Below are positions 27,090 through 38,000 of a stretch of DNA of 64,000 nt, one piece after another. Position 1 is the first letter of the stretch; each line of letters opens with the position of its first letter. The notes below the pieces were generated by a model, which ran no database searches, was not told the DNA's origin, and saw only the letters and a program-made list of their open reading frames with translations. A program made the translations under genes and the position numbers. Source of the DNA: Bacteroidales bacterium UBA1184. Its GTDB lineage: Bacteria > Bacteroidota > Bacteroidia > Bacteroidales > ML635J-15. The stretch is taken from positions 1,462-65,461 of the forward strand of contig DBYO01000032.1 of NCBI GenBank assembly GCA_002310235.1, given 5' to 3'.

Positions 27090-28199
27090 TTACCTTATGC
27101 AGTTGGCGTATATGTCGAGAAATATTTCACGCAATAGTTTTCTGTCCAAGTCTTTGTACTCATCAATCCAATTCATGTACTGTACGAATTGATTTTTTTG
27201 TTCGTCGGTATAGTGACATGCGTATTTTGTTTCCCCGCTGCGTATGTCGTGTGCTATATAGTTATTTGGATTTATTGCATAGTTTGAGTTTATCTGCTTG
27301 TCAATATGTTCTGCAATGTTCGAGAAAAAGTTGCCTTTCAAGCTGTCTATGTGACGTAAGACGTCTTCTGTGAGAGGTTTCCCAATATGGAAGTTTACCT
27401 TTCCTTTGGGTTGTTTAATACCAGTAAGTATGCTATTGATGTCTTCGCCAGGTGCTTTTTTGTATTCTCCGTTGATTTTTGTGTGGTAGAGTTCCAATGT
27501 TTTCAACTTGTCGCAAGGTTCCCATTCGTATGAAACGGTGATTGGTGTAATGTTCATTTCTGCCAACGAAAGAATTTTGTCGTCTCTGCGACTTGACCAG
27601 AACATCTTTATTATGGCAGGGTCGGTAATATCCAGTCCATCCTTTGTGCGTCCGTTGCGTTGTGCTATCCACACAGATTCTTGTTTTTCCGTTATGGAAT
27701 ATCGTATATATTCCGATATGAGCGTCAGATTGTTGTAAAAGTCTTTTCTGTTGCCTCCGCGTTCGATTTTGAACATCTTGTTTACCTTGCCGAAATCGAC
27801 TATAAACGGATGTTGCATTAGGTTGCTACCGAAAGTTATCTGGCAGGTTCTGTGATTTTCCTTTAATAAAAGATATTGCAGCAGCATTGCATCTAAAACT
27901 ATGTCGCGGTGATTTGAAATATAAAGGTATGGTTTGTCTTCTCTAATGTTTTCTATTCCTGTCCATACAAATTGGCTTGTCGTCTTTTTAAGAATTATAT
28001 CTATGCAATCTGATATGATCCCAATTTGGAATTCATAGGTTGTCTTGATTTTTCGCAGTCTTTCTCGAAAAAACTCGACATCTGTTCCTGGCATCAAATA
28101 GTTTACTATTGCTGGAATAATTTCGCTGTCGGCAATACGTTGCATTGCGGCAGGAATATCTTCAGGAGAATAAGGCCTTATATTATCAAACTTTTCCAT
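27090..28199 (-). CDS. PlsC-family (1-acyl-sn-glycerol-3-phosphate-type) acyltransferase
   Basis: HX4D motif in YISNHRDIVLDAM. Downstream WIAQRNGRTKDG block. Last gene of the PKS operon. Confidence 0.7.
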   Translation of the reverse strand: MEKFDNIRPYSPEDIPAAMQRIADSEIIPAIVNYLMPGTDVEFFRERLRKIKTTYEFQIGIISDCIDIILKKTTSQFVWTGIENIREDKPYLYISNHRDIVLDAMLLQYLLLKENHRTCQITFGSNLMQHPFIVDFGKVNKMFKIERGGNRKDFYNNLTLISEYIRYSITEKQESVWIAQRNGRTKDGLDITDPAIIKMFWSSRRDDKILSLAEMNITPITVSYEWEPCDKLKTLELYHTKINGEYKKAPGEDINSILTGIKQPKGKVNFHIGKPLTEDVLRHIDSLKGNFFSNIAEHIDKQINSNYAINPNNYIAHDIRSGETKYACHYTDEQKNQFVQYMNWIDEYKDLDRKLLREIFLDIYANCIR

Positions 28200-29497
28200 T
28201 ATTTTTTTCTTAGGTCAATAAATTTTATTGGTTTACGACTTTTTGCTGGAAAATTTATTTTTTGGATTTCCTCAACTGGAAGAATTTCAATTTGCGGTGC
28301 TACGCGGATGCGTGAGCGGAAACTGTCCTTTAGTTCCTTTACAACATCGAAATCCTGTTCTTCCTTAAGTCCAATCTTTATTGTTACATCATCGGTGCCG
28401 GCTTCGTTTTGCCTTACTTCTATTACATAGTTCTCAACATAATCGGTATTGTCAAGTACATCGTTTATTGCTGGCGGATATAGGGTTGTTCCCTTGAGTT
28501 TTATCATATTGTTCATGCGACCGACAAGAGGGGTGAGTCGGTATGAGTTTCGTCCGCATTTGCACTTGTCAACAATTTTTGCTGCAATGTCGCCTGTGCG
28601 AAAACGAAGCAATGGCATTGCTTCTACTCCTAATGTTGTCACCACAATTTCACCAGGTTGTCCGTCGGGTACAGGCAGACCGTCTTCGCCGATAATTTCA
28701 ACTATGATAAGCTCTGGATGAACATGACCACCCATTCCGTATTCGCACTCCGAGAAGGTTGCGCCCATCTCTGTGGATGAGTAGGTGGCGAACAACTGGA
28801 CATCCCATTTCTCCTTTATTTTCTTGCCCAATAGATTGAGCTCGAAATTCTGGTCGCGCAAACCTTCGCCAATGCCTATAATTCGTCGGATGCTACTGTT
28901 CTTGTAGTCGATGTTGTGTTCCTCGGCATATTGTATGAGTCGAAGTATAAACGATGGCACGCACATTATTGTGTCGGGCTTGATGCGTTTTATCGTGTCC
29001 CATTGCAGTTCGGGAATTCCGTTTCCCACGCGGATAATGCCTACACCAAGTTCACGAAGCCCAAGAAAATATGCAAGTCCTGCCATGAAGCGTTTGTCCA
29101 GAGTTGTCATAAGTTGCACGACATTGCCTTGATGTACATTGGCACATTCAAAAGATTTCTTCTCGTTGTATGCAAGTCGCTGGAGGTCTTTTTCTGAACA
29201 GCCGAATGTCACAGGGTCGCCCAAGGTGCCAGATGTGGTTATGTAGTCGATGATTTTCGATTTCTCGCAGCACAGAAATTCCTCGTTGAACAGTTGAAGG
29301 TCTTTTTTTTCTGTAAAAGGAATTTTCACAAGGTCTTCGATGTGCTTTATCTTATTGATGTTGATGCCGTAGCTTTTGAACATTCGCTGGTAATATGGCG
29401 AATTTGCCTGCAGGTATGCCAATGCTTTGTGCAGCAATTCTTCTTGGAATGCTTTTATTTCTTCAACAGATTTGTATTCTATATCGTTGTTGTTCAT
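28199..29497 (-). CDS. PaaK/coenzyme F390 synthetase-like adenylate-forming CoA ligase
   Basis: P-loop-like TTSGTLGDPVTF, YSSTEMG and RFRTGD blocks typical of the phenylacetate-CoA ligase family. 432 aa. Confidence 0.75.
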   Translation of the reverse strand: MNNNDIEYKSVEEIKAFQEELLHKALAYLQANSPYYQRMFKSYGININKIKHIEDLVKIPFTEKKDLQLFNEEFLCCEKSKIIDYITTSGTLGDPVTFGCSEKDLQRLAYNEKKSFECANVHQGNVVQLMTTLDKRFMAGLAYFLGLRELGVGIIRVGNGIPELQWDTIKRIKPDTIMCVPSFILRLIQYAEEHNIDYKNSSIRRIIGIGEGLRDQNFELNLLGKKIKEKWDVQLFATYSSTEMGATFSECEYGMGGHVHPELIIVEIIGEDGLPVPDGQPGEIVVTTLGVEAMPLLRFRTGDIAAKIVDKCKCGRNSYRLTPLVGRMNNMIKLKGTTLYPPAINDVLDNTDYVENYVIEVRQNEAGTDDVTIKIGLKEEQDFDVVKELKDSFRSRIRVAPQIEILPVEEIQKINFPAKSRKPIKFIDLRKK

Positions 29498-29509
29498 CGT
29501 TAAATGTCA

Positions 29510-30370
29510 TTAATAAATGTTTTCTTTAAGCCATTTCAGAAACTCTTTTTTCCATTGACGGCATTCTTCGCTGCCTTTATCTTCGTTGGCTCCAAATCCG
29601 TGGCCTCCAGTCTTGTATTGTATGTATTTGTGCTTAATATTTTTTGCCGTCAGTGCCGAATCGAGCAGCATTGAGTTGTGATATTCTACAGTAGGGTCGT
29701 CAACGCAGTTTACAATGAATACGGGTGGACAGTCGGCTGGTACATGCAGCTCAAGCGAAAGTGAGTCGCGCATGGTTTGGTCGTTTTGTCTGCGTTCGCT
29801 TAGCAGAGCACGGCGCGAGCGTTTGTGAACGTATGGCGGGTTCATTGTGACAACAGGGTAGATTGGTGCAGCAAACGACGGGCGTTGTTCCTTGCTGCTG
29901 TAACATATTGTTGACATCGACAAATGTCCGCCAGCCGAAAATCCCATTATGCCTACCTTATTCGGTTTGATATGATACTCTTTTGCGTGATTGCGAACCC
30001 ATTTTATTGCTTGCTGTGCATCGTTGAGCATGTCGGGGTACTGATTGCCACTGGATTTGCTTCTGTGATTCCAGAAAAATGCTGAAAAACCTGCAACGCG
30101 GTATTTAAGTACAAAAGCTGAGATGCCGTTCGATTGCAGCCATCTTGCAACGCCATTGCCTTCGGTTTCTTCGGCAAGCCAGAAATAACTTCCTCCAGGA
30201 CAAACAATGACAGCAGTGCCAGTAGTGTTGCTTTCTGATATGTATGGCGTCAATGTCACCTGTTTCCAGTTCTTTGCACCAGTGTCCTGCCATAAAAATA
30301 TTTTCTCTTGTGCGGCAGTTGTTCCGACAAGAAAAATAAGTAGGGTATATAACGCTAGTTTCTTCAACAT
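29510..30370 (-). CDS. secreted alpha/beta hydrolase (esterase/lipase type)
   Basis: Signal MLKKLALYTLLIFLVGTTAAQ. Oxyanion CPGGSY. Nucleophile elbow GFSAGGH. C-terminal GGHGF. Confidence 0.75.
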   Translation of the reverse strand: MLKKLALYTLLIFLVGTTAAQEKIFLWQDTGAKNWKQVTLTPYISESNTTGTAVIVCPGGSYFWLAEETEGNGVARWLQSNGISAFVLKYRVAGFSAFFWNHRSKSSGNQYPDMLNDAQQAIKWVRNHAKEYHIKPNKVGIMGFSAGGHLSMSTICYSSKEQRPSFAAPIYPVVTMNPPYVHKRSRRALLSERRQNDQTMRDSLSLELHVPADCPPVFIVNCVDDPTVEYHNSMLLDSALTAKNIKHKYIQYKTGGHGFGANEDKGSEECRQWKKEFLKWLKENIY

Positions 30371-30732
30371 TATCTTCCCAATATTTTCATAACTTCCTCT
30401 TTCGATAGCTGGCGGTATTTGTGTTGCATGTCGGCAAAAAAGTTCACCTGAAAGTATTCTTCATCGTAGAACGATAGTTTTGAGTTTGTGTTTGGCGTGC
30501 ATTCCAAGTAAACAATATCTTCAAGTTTCAGATTTTTTGCTTCGCATATCTGGTCAGCCAATTTTTTGCCTGCATATGTTACCGATGTGCCCGGGTTTTC
30601 TTGGTACAATTCAGTTACAATTACGTATTTTTTGCCGTCAACATCCCTAATCTTAAGTCCGCATGACGATTCCATATCCCATTCGCCCTTGAAAGGGAAA
30701 ATCTCATCGTAATATTCCTTTGAAACTTTCAT
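30370..30732 (-). CDS. hypothetical cytoplasmic protein (120 aa) inside the PKS operon
   Basis: Intact ORF overlapping the downstream start by 1 nt. No signal peptide and no recognisable motif. Confidence 0.5.
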   Translation of the reverse strand: MKVSKEYYDEIFPFKGEWDMESSCGLKIRDVDGKKYVIVTELYQENPGTSVTYAGKKLADQICEAKNLKLEDIVYLECTPNTNSKLSFYDEEYFQVNFFADMQHKYRQLSKEEVMKILGR

Positions 30733-30741
30733 CGTAGTTAA

Positions 30742-32049
30742 TTAATTTTCAGCTCTTACATTTACATTTCTCTTGCTTCTGTCAACATCGCGGCCAAACG
30801 ACTTGTTTGCCAGCTTCCTGTTACGCGGACGGTATGTACCTTCTTCCATCTCGCGAAGCGCAACATTGCAGAACAGCCTGAACATCTTCGATTCCTGGGT
30901 TTCGGTTGCATAGAAACTCTTCCAAGCGTATTCGTAAACATCCTGCAACTGTTCTGGAGTCATAAGCTTAGGCTGGAAAACAACCTGACCTGCATTGTAG
31001 TGGTTCCAGTCGAAATCGAATATACGACCTTGCCTCAACAAGTCGTCGTAAGCTTTTGTGTGTGGGAAAGGTGTCATTACGGTAAATTCTGCCAAGTCCA
31101 AGTCGATTTCACCAAGGAAATCTATCAATCGCTTGCAATCGTCAACCGACTGGTTGTCGAGACCGAGCAAAATTGTGCCTTCGACACCGATTCCATAGTC
31201 GTGGTATCTCTTTACGCGTTCCTTGATATAATCGGATGTGTCGTAAACAGCCTGATAAACATACCATGCACCAGCTTTGGCTGCCAGGTCAAGCACTTCT
31301 GGGTCGTCTTCGATGGTATGGCTTATCCATTTTTTCTTCAGCGGTGCGATTGCCTTGAAAAGTTCTATTTCCCACTGCTTGTCCTGAGCCAGTGAGTTGT
31401 CAACTATAAACAGTCGGTTGTTGTCGATGCTAGCCATATCCTCAACCACCTTGTCAATTGGACGCGGACGGAACTTACGACCACCAAGATACGACACAGC
31501 ACAAGGATAGCAGCTGAAACGGCATCCTCGGCTTGCGTGGAAAAGGTCAACCATCTGCACGCCCTTGTGGTTGTATAGTTCGCGCTTGTACAAATCGCGG
31601 CGGCAAGGACCTACCGATTCGATTGGCGGCTGGTTGCCCATATAGTTGTATATCTTTTTCAGACAGCCGTTTTTCCAGTCGATGATTACCTGTTCGGAGC
31701 GGCCTTCCGATTCGCCTAGGAATACGCTGTCGACATGGTTTACCATTTCCTCGGCATGAAGCATTGTGGATATTCCTCCAGCAATTACTTTTTTGCCTCG
31801 CTTGTGGTATTCGTCGGCTATCGCCCACCCACGTTTTACCTGTGTTGTTAACATCATCGACAATGCAACAAGGTCGCATTCCTCGTCAAAATCGATTGCT
31901 TCCACATTCTCGTCGGTAAACGAAATGTCAACATATTCGGGGAGGGTGGCAGCAAAGGCTACTGGTCCGTGAGGCGGCAGGTTGAATGTCGTTTGCCCTG
32001 GGAGCTTGTTCCACTTCGGGTATATCAATTTCAGTTTTACAGTATCCAT
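30742..32049 (-). CDS. B12-binding domain-containing radical SAM protein
   Basis: CxxxCxxC in ASRGCRFSCYPCAV. N-terminal Rossmann-like segment with DLVALSMMLTTQ typical of the cobalamin-binding domain of class B radical SAM enzymes. Confidence 0.75.
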   Translation of the reverse strand: MDTVKLKLIYPKWNKLPGQTTFNLPPHGPVAFAATLPEYVDISFTDENVEAIDFDEECDLVALSMMLTTQVKRGWAIADEYHKRGKKVIAGGISTMLHAEEMVNHVDSVFLGESEGRSEQVIIDWKNGCLKKIYNYMGNQPPIESVGPCRRDLYKRELYNHKGVQMVDLFHASRGCRFSCYPCAVSYLGGRKFRPRPIDKVVEDMASIDNNRLFIVDNSLAQDKQWEIELFKAIAPLKKKWISHTIEDDPEVLDLAAKAGAWYVYQAVYDTSDYIKERVKRYHDYGIGVEGTILLGLDNQSVDDCKRLIDFLGEIDLDLAEFTVMTPFPHTKAYDDLLRQGRIFDFDWNHYNAGQVVFQPKLMTPEQLQDVYEYAWKSFYATETQESKMFRLFCNVALREMEEGTYRPRNRKLANKSFGRDVDRSKRNVNVRAEN

Positions 32050-32092
32050 TAATATATAGGTAAATTGTTATGTACATTGCAAATGTAAAAGT

Positions 32093-35086
32093 TTATTTGC
32101 AATTATTGTAATGTTCGTTGATTTTTTTTACTATCACATTGTGTCCGACTAGAGCTTCGGCGGTTTCGATTGCGGTAAGCGAGACGCCACAGAATCCATG
32201 AATGTTCACGTTTTGTCCCGTCAGGAACAAATTCTTTACCTTGGTTGCAACCGCCATCTGCGAAAGCATCAGATTGCGGCTATCTTTCTGGAAACCATAG
32301 TTCGAGCCTTCCTTGTTTCCGAGAAAATCGCGGATTGTGAGTGGCGATGAGGCAAACGAAAATTCAATGCTTTCCCGGAAGTCTGGATATATTTTCTCCA
32401 TCACATCGAAAACCTTTTCTGTTGTTTCTTTTTTCCATTGCTCGTATTCCTCGCCACGATGCCCAGTTTCGGTATTTTCCCATTTTTTGACATCGGCAAA
32501 ATCCATCAAACTGATAATTGCCATTGTATTCGCAAATTTTCCTTGATTTTTTTCAGGTGGAGTAACATACATTATTCCTTTTGGCCAGTTTATATTATTG
32601 TTGTAATAAAAGTTGGCATGGTTTAGGAATGGGAAGGCATTTTTCTTGAACTTAATGTAAACCTTAAAGCTCGAATTCGATTCGGGAATCAATTTCAATC
32701 GTTTTCTGAAAGCTGCAGGGAATGCGTCGCCACTGATGATTTTCATTAGTACATCGGGGTGAACATCAGAAATATAGCTGTCGGCTACGTAGGATTTGTT
32801 ATTCTTTGTCAGAACCTTTGTGACTGCGTGATCTTCGACCTCAATTTTTGTAACCTCCTCGCTTGAAACGACTGAACCGCCAGCCTCCTCAATGATTTTT
32901 TCCAACATATCGACCATCTGCTGACCGCAGCCCACAAACTGGAATGTTCCTCCAATATGCAAAACGCTTAGCAAAGCATTGAAAAAAGCAGGCGTTGTAT
33001 CTTCCTCACCACCAAAAAGCGGTTTTAGGTAGCAGAGTAATCTTTTTAGTTTTGGATTGTGTATGTATCTGTCTATTAGCTCGTTATATGGAGTAATAAA
33101 ATCTTCACTCAGAGAAGTGAAATTTGGTTCTGTTGACCTTTCGCGTATGTAGAAAAGGTCTTCTTCCTGCGAAAGTTCAAATAGTTTGTCAATGTATAGC
33201 CTAATGTTTTCAGCCTCGTCGGGGAAGATTCCTGAAAGGTATCCAACAAGATTTTCCCTGCCTTTGGGAAGACAATATGTAGCGTTGTCGTCGGCTATGG
33301 TAACTACATCGCTGGCGTTGTAGTCGGTGGGCATAAGGTTCAATTTATCGGCAATGCCAAGATATTCAAAGATTTTGTAGAGGTTTCCGCCTTTGTTGAA
33401 TCCTCCGAATATGTGCATTCCTGTTGCAAATTCAACTCCTTTGCGCCTAATTGTCTGCAAACCGCCACCTATTATGGCATTTTTCTCCAGAACGGTTACC
33501 TTGTAGTTCTCCTTGGCGAGCAAAGCTCCAGTAACAAGACCGCCGAGTCCGCCTCCGATAATCAGCACAGACTTTTGTTCGACAGGTTTGACGAAAGCAT
33601 TGGCCTCAAGCATTTGTCTCTTAATTACATCCTCGCCAAGCAATGCCGAACAAACATTCAATGTCCCGACCATTACGCCAAGTATTCCGTGTGCGTTTAT
33701 ATTTTGTCCCACCAAGTAGAAATTAGGCAACTTTGTCTTGTACGACACACGTCCTGCCAAGCCTAAAGTCAGATCTTTTGCCATACCATACATCGAGCCG
33801 CCAGGCGACAATGTATAGTCGCGGTAGGTAAGGGGAGTTGCCGTGTAATATTCATCAATGTACGACCTTAATCCAGGGAAATCCTTTTCAACGGCATCAA
33901 GTAATTTTTCCGCCTTTGCATGTTTAAACTGCTCGTACGATTCACCTCGTTTACCAATAGTTGTTTGTGCCCATTCCGATAGTTCATCGGCAAGCATATA
34001 GGCGAGTATAACACCACTTCTTGCAAATTCTTGTTCTTTCTCGTGGCAATGGTGCATATACAAATAACCGCGTGGCCAAGTTGTGTCGTCGTAGTTTTCC
34101 ATATCCCACGGTGATTTGCATGAATATCCGTAGAAATTGGTGTTCATATACCGCATTGCACTAGGTTTGAACTTAAGGAAAAGAGAAAATACGGATGGCG
34201 TATTCTTTATTGACTCTATCCTTGAATAGAAAGAAGGTCGCAATTCTTTTCCAGTAAACATCCTGCTCAACTGCATGGGATGCACGTCGGAAATAAATAT
34301 GTCGCCTTCTACCAATTCTCCGTTTTCCAGTTCCACACTGGTTACCGAACCATTGTTGCAATGCGCTCTTACGACACGGCAACCTGTATAAATTTTGCCA
34401 CCGTTTGATTTTATCACTTCGGCAAGAGCCTTTGCTATGTTGTCGCTTCCTCCTACAATCCTAAAAGCGCTTCGGTTGTAAAAATTCGACACGAATGCGT
34501 ATGTGGAAAACGGTGTGCGGTTGCGTTGCGCTGCATATAGCGACATATCGCCCACAAGTACATTACGCAATGTAGGGTCTGATATGACTTCGTCGATTAC
34601 CTCGTTGATGCTTGTTGTGAATAGGCGTAAGTCAAGCTGAGCATTTCTGTCTATACGGTTCAAGTCATAAAAAGGGGACTCCTGTGCAACTGTATCTACA
34701 AGTTGCCAATAGCGGCGAAGATTGTCCTTTTCATTTGGAAATCTTTCTGCCAGACTTTCAATCATCTGTTCGTGTCCGTTTGCTATGGAAAAACGTTCGC
34801 CATTGAGCGATATGGTATTGTACGAACTTGTATCCATACGCGAAACTTCAACCTTGTTCTTGATACCAAGGAAGTTGAAATAGTTTGAAAGCACTTCTCC
34901 ATCATCGAGACTGCCAACAAAATGCATTCCTGTTTCGAACTTTACACCGTTTCGTTGGAAACATTGCAGGCAGCCTCCAATCTGTTTTGCCTGTTCAAGA
35001 ATGGTTACTTCATAGCCGTTTTTTGCTAGAATTACACCTGTGGAAAGTCCACCAAGTCCACTTCCTATGACAATGCATTTTTTCAT
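32093..35086 (-). CDS. tandem fusion of two CrtI/phytoene-desaturase-like FAD-dependent oxidoreductases
   Basis: Two dinucleotide-binding motifs ~510 aa apart: KKCIVIGSGLGGLSTGVILAKNGYEVTILEQ and KSVLIIGGGLGGLVTGALLAKENYKVTVLEKN. Both halves end with a GQN(I/V)N(A/I)HG block. ATG at 35086 gives an ATGA overlap with the upstream gene. Confidence 0.75.
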   Translation of the reverse strand: MKKCIVIGSGLGGLSTGVILAKNGYEVTILEQAKQIGGCLQCFQRNGVKFETGMHFVGSLDDGEVLSNYFNFLGIKNKVEVSRMDTSSYNTISLNGERFSIANGHEQMIESLAERFPNEKDNLRRYWQLVDTVAQESPFYDLNRIDRNAQLDLRLFTTSINEVIDEVISDPTLRNVLVGDMSLYAAQRNRTPFSTYAFVSNFYNRSAFRIVGGSDNIAKALAEVIKSNGGKIYTGCRVVRAHCNNGSVTSVELENGELVEGDIFISDVHPMQLSRMFTGKELRPSFYSRIESIKNTPSVFSLFLKFKPSAMRYMNTNFYGYSCKSPWDMENYDDTTWPRGYLYMHHCHEKEQEFARSGVILAYMLADELSEWAQTTIGKRGESYEQFKHAKAEKLLDAVEKDFPGLRSYIDEYYTATPLTYRDYTLSPGGSMYGMAKDLTLGLAGRVSYKTKLPNFYLVGQNINAHGILGVMVGTLNVCSALLGEDVIKRQMLEANAFVKPVEQKSVLIIGGGLGGLVTGALLAKENYKVTVLEKNAIIGGGLQTIRRKGVEFATGMHIFGGFNKGGNLYKIFEYLGIADKLNLMPTDYNASDVVTIADDNATYCLPKGRENLVGYLSGIFPDEAENIRLYIDKLFELSQEEDLFYIRERSTEPNFTSLSEDFITPYNELIDRYIHNPKLKRLLCYLKPLFGGEEDTTPAFFNALLSVLHIGGTFQFVGCGQQMVDMLEKIIEEAGGSVVSSEEVTKIEVEDHAVTKVLTKNNKSYVADSYISDVHPDVLMKIISGDAFPAAFRKRLKLIPESNSSFKVYIKFKKNAFPFLNHANFYYNNNINWPKGIMYVTPPEKNQGKFANTMAIISLMDFADVKKWENTETGHRGEEYEQWKKETTEKVFDVMEKIYPDFRESIEFSFASSPLTIRDFLGNKEGSNYGFQKDSRNLMLSQMAVATKVKNLFLTGQNVNIHGFCGVSLTAIETAEALVGHNVIVKKINEHYNNCK

Positions 35087-38000
35087 TTCAGAAACGTTTG
35101 GCAATCAATTGTTAGTTCACAAGTTGGTAATTCGTTTTCATCGTTGATGAAATGGAGATTCTGCGGAATGTAGGTGCAATGTGATGCTATCAGGAACTGG
35201 TCAATATCGGTTTCCAGGGCATATACTTGTGTTTGCCTGTGTACAAGAGCAATCGTCCATGCAAGTTCGCCGTATCCGCTGTTCTTTATTGCTATGCTAC
35301 TGCCATGCATGGTGTTGATTTCTTCCGAATGCGCTTTTATTTTCCTTATGTTAGCACGGCTGGAACGTTCCACATCGTTGCCTTTGTATATGTATTTGTA
35401 GCGTACAAGTTTTGATACGTATTCAGTGTCTTCGCATTTGTTGCGTATTTCTTCGAAATGTTCCAGATAGTATTTGTGGAAGTATGATGTCAACTCTCTT
35501 GCGGTAACAGATTGTACTTTTTCGGCCGAATACCTTTGTCCTATTTCAATGTGGAGAGCGCCTTCGCGCAGGATAATGTCATTTTTGGGCATTGCATGGT
35601 TGGCTCCATGTATGAATATTGGCAGAATGTCGATGTTGAGCGATTGTGCAAGTTGGAATGCCCCCTTGTGGAATCGCATTATTTCTCCAGTTACAGAACG
35701 TGTGCCTTCGGGGAAAATAACAACAGAATAACCTCTCGCTACAAGTTTTCTCAGTCGTTCTATATTCTTGTCGTAGCCGTCTGATACAGGATAAAATTCT
35801 GCATATCGGATAATTAATCCGTATATTGGATTTTTCCATACCCAGTCGTTGGTAAGTATAACTACCTTGTGCGACTGCATCATTATGCACGACAAGTCGA
35901 GGTGAGACTGGTGGTTGGCAATGATTACTGCCGGTTTTTCAAAGTCTTCTCCATTGGGATTGTCAAGCGAATATTTTACACCTGGAAGGCGTAGTATCGC
36001 AAATCTGTTGAAAACAACTATAAGCTTATGATACCAAAGTCGTTTGCGTTCGCTGTCACGACCGATAAGTTTGTAAAACAGTGTAAATGGCGTTACTATA
36101 ACAAATGCCGATACGAAAAATACAAGAAGCGATACAAATGTGTACAAAAGTCGCTTGATTGTTACAGGTACATCGCGGAGTTGTCCTTTTTTCTTTGTCA
36201 GCCAGTTGAAAATGACAGGAGGCAGGTAACATGCCATCAATACAACAGTCATCATGCCTACTATTGCGACTTCGGCTAGCGACTTCATGGCTGGATGTTT
36301 TGCAAAAATCAGCGCTCCAATGCCAATAAACATCAGTATTCCGGAGAGAATAACGCTGTTTCGGTAGTTTTTCAGCATCTTTTTGCCGTACGAGTATTCG
36401 TACAGCAGACCTTCGGTTATGAAAATGGTGTAGTCGTCGCCTTGTCCGAATATGAATGTCGCCAGAATTATGTTTACAATGTTGAATTTTATTCCGAAGA
36501 AGTACATCAAGCCCAATATCCAAGCCCAGCCAATAGTTAGTGGCAGGAATGCAAGTATCGACAATTCGAGTCGTCCGAACGAGATGCAAAGGAAGAAAAA
36601 TACGACTATGCTGCATACATAAAGTATGTAGTCAAAATCTTCGGATAAAACCGTTACCAGATTGCTTCCAATATCCGACATGCTAAATGCAAAACCGTTG
36701 TCGGACAATGTTTGTCGAAGTTGTTGCTTCAAAGTGTCGGAGTATTCCGCTGGTACTCGCACAAAGTTTACAACACGTGTTAGTGTGTCGTGCTGTAGGG
36801 TATAGTTTTTGCATAGTTCAAGTAGCGGCTGCATTTCGTCTTGCGACTTTGTGTCGTATTGTTTGCCGATGTTATCGGTAAATGGTACGAATGCATTTGC
36901 GGTAAATCCGTTTGCAATGGCTTCTCTGTTTATTTCGTTGGCAATGTCGGCATGTCGTTGCCAGAAGTCATTCCATCTTTCAATCGATTCTTTTTGCTTC
37001 TCGTTTGACGGCAAAAGTCCATCGGGCCCCGAAATGCTTACATTTACATTCTGCGGAATCGATTTTTTAAGGTTGCTAATTATTTTTTCGTTTTGTTGCA
37101 GTGCTTGCTGTAGGTCGTTGCTTTCCGAAACTACATAAATAAGGTCTGTTTTGCCTTCCTTTTGCATCGATTCGTTGAGCAGGGCAATGTCTTCCTTCTG
37201 TTGCTCTGTCATGTAGTTGATGTTGTGTAGGTCTGAATCGAAGGTCGTTTCTTGGCTGTAGTAGCCGAGGATGATGGTTACGATTACCAAAGGCCAGAAG
37301 GCAAAAGTCTTTATTTTACGCCATTTTTCGTTCGGTTCTTTTCCGCTATCAACGAAAAGTTTGTGCTTCTTTTTCGGTACGACAGCCAGCAGAGGCAGGA
37401 AAACCATTACGAAAAGTATAGTACCGATAAGCATTAGTGCGCCGAATAGACCAAGATCGTGCATTGCTTCGGCTTTTACGAATATCAAGCAGGCGAATGC
37501 CGCTACGGTTGTGATGTTTCCGATAACCAGCGGTTGGATTACATCTTTAAGTGCTTCGCGCTTGTCGGGTTGCTGCTTTATGTGGTCAAGATAGTGGAGT
37601 GGGTAGTTAACAGCAATGCCCAAAATTACCGAGCCAATGCCAATGACAATTATCGATATGCTTGTCTTGAATAAGGCTATGATTGCCAAAGCGAAAATCC
37701 AGCCGAAAAGAATTGATATGCCGAGCCAAATAAGGTTTCGTTTCCTTGCCATGGTGAACATAAGTATGCCGAAAATCAGCACTAGGGCAATGGCTATCGA
37801 AAGGAAACTATCATGTTTTATCTGCTGGGCGTTGGTAACGGCTATGGTAGGTGCGCCTACTGCCGAAATTTTTACATTCTGATGGTTTTGTGCAGTGGTG
37901 TCAATGACATTGTTTATCAGTTCGACCAGTATGGCGTTGTTTTTTGTGTCGCTACCGGCAAAAGGAGAGGAGAAGAATGCAAAAGCCTTGTCTCCGCTTT

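Noticed and set aside
32093-35086. CrtI-like didomain protein as evidence for a carotenoid cluster
   Set aside because: No phytoene synthase, GGPP synthase or cyclase genes are nearby. The gene is ATGA-coupled within the type II PKS operon, so a polyene- or lipid-tailoring role is more parsimonious.
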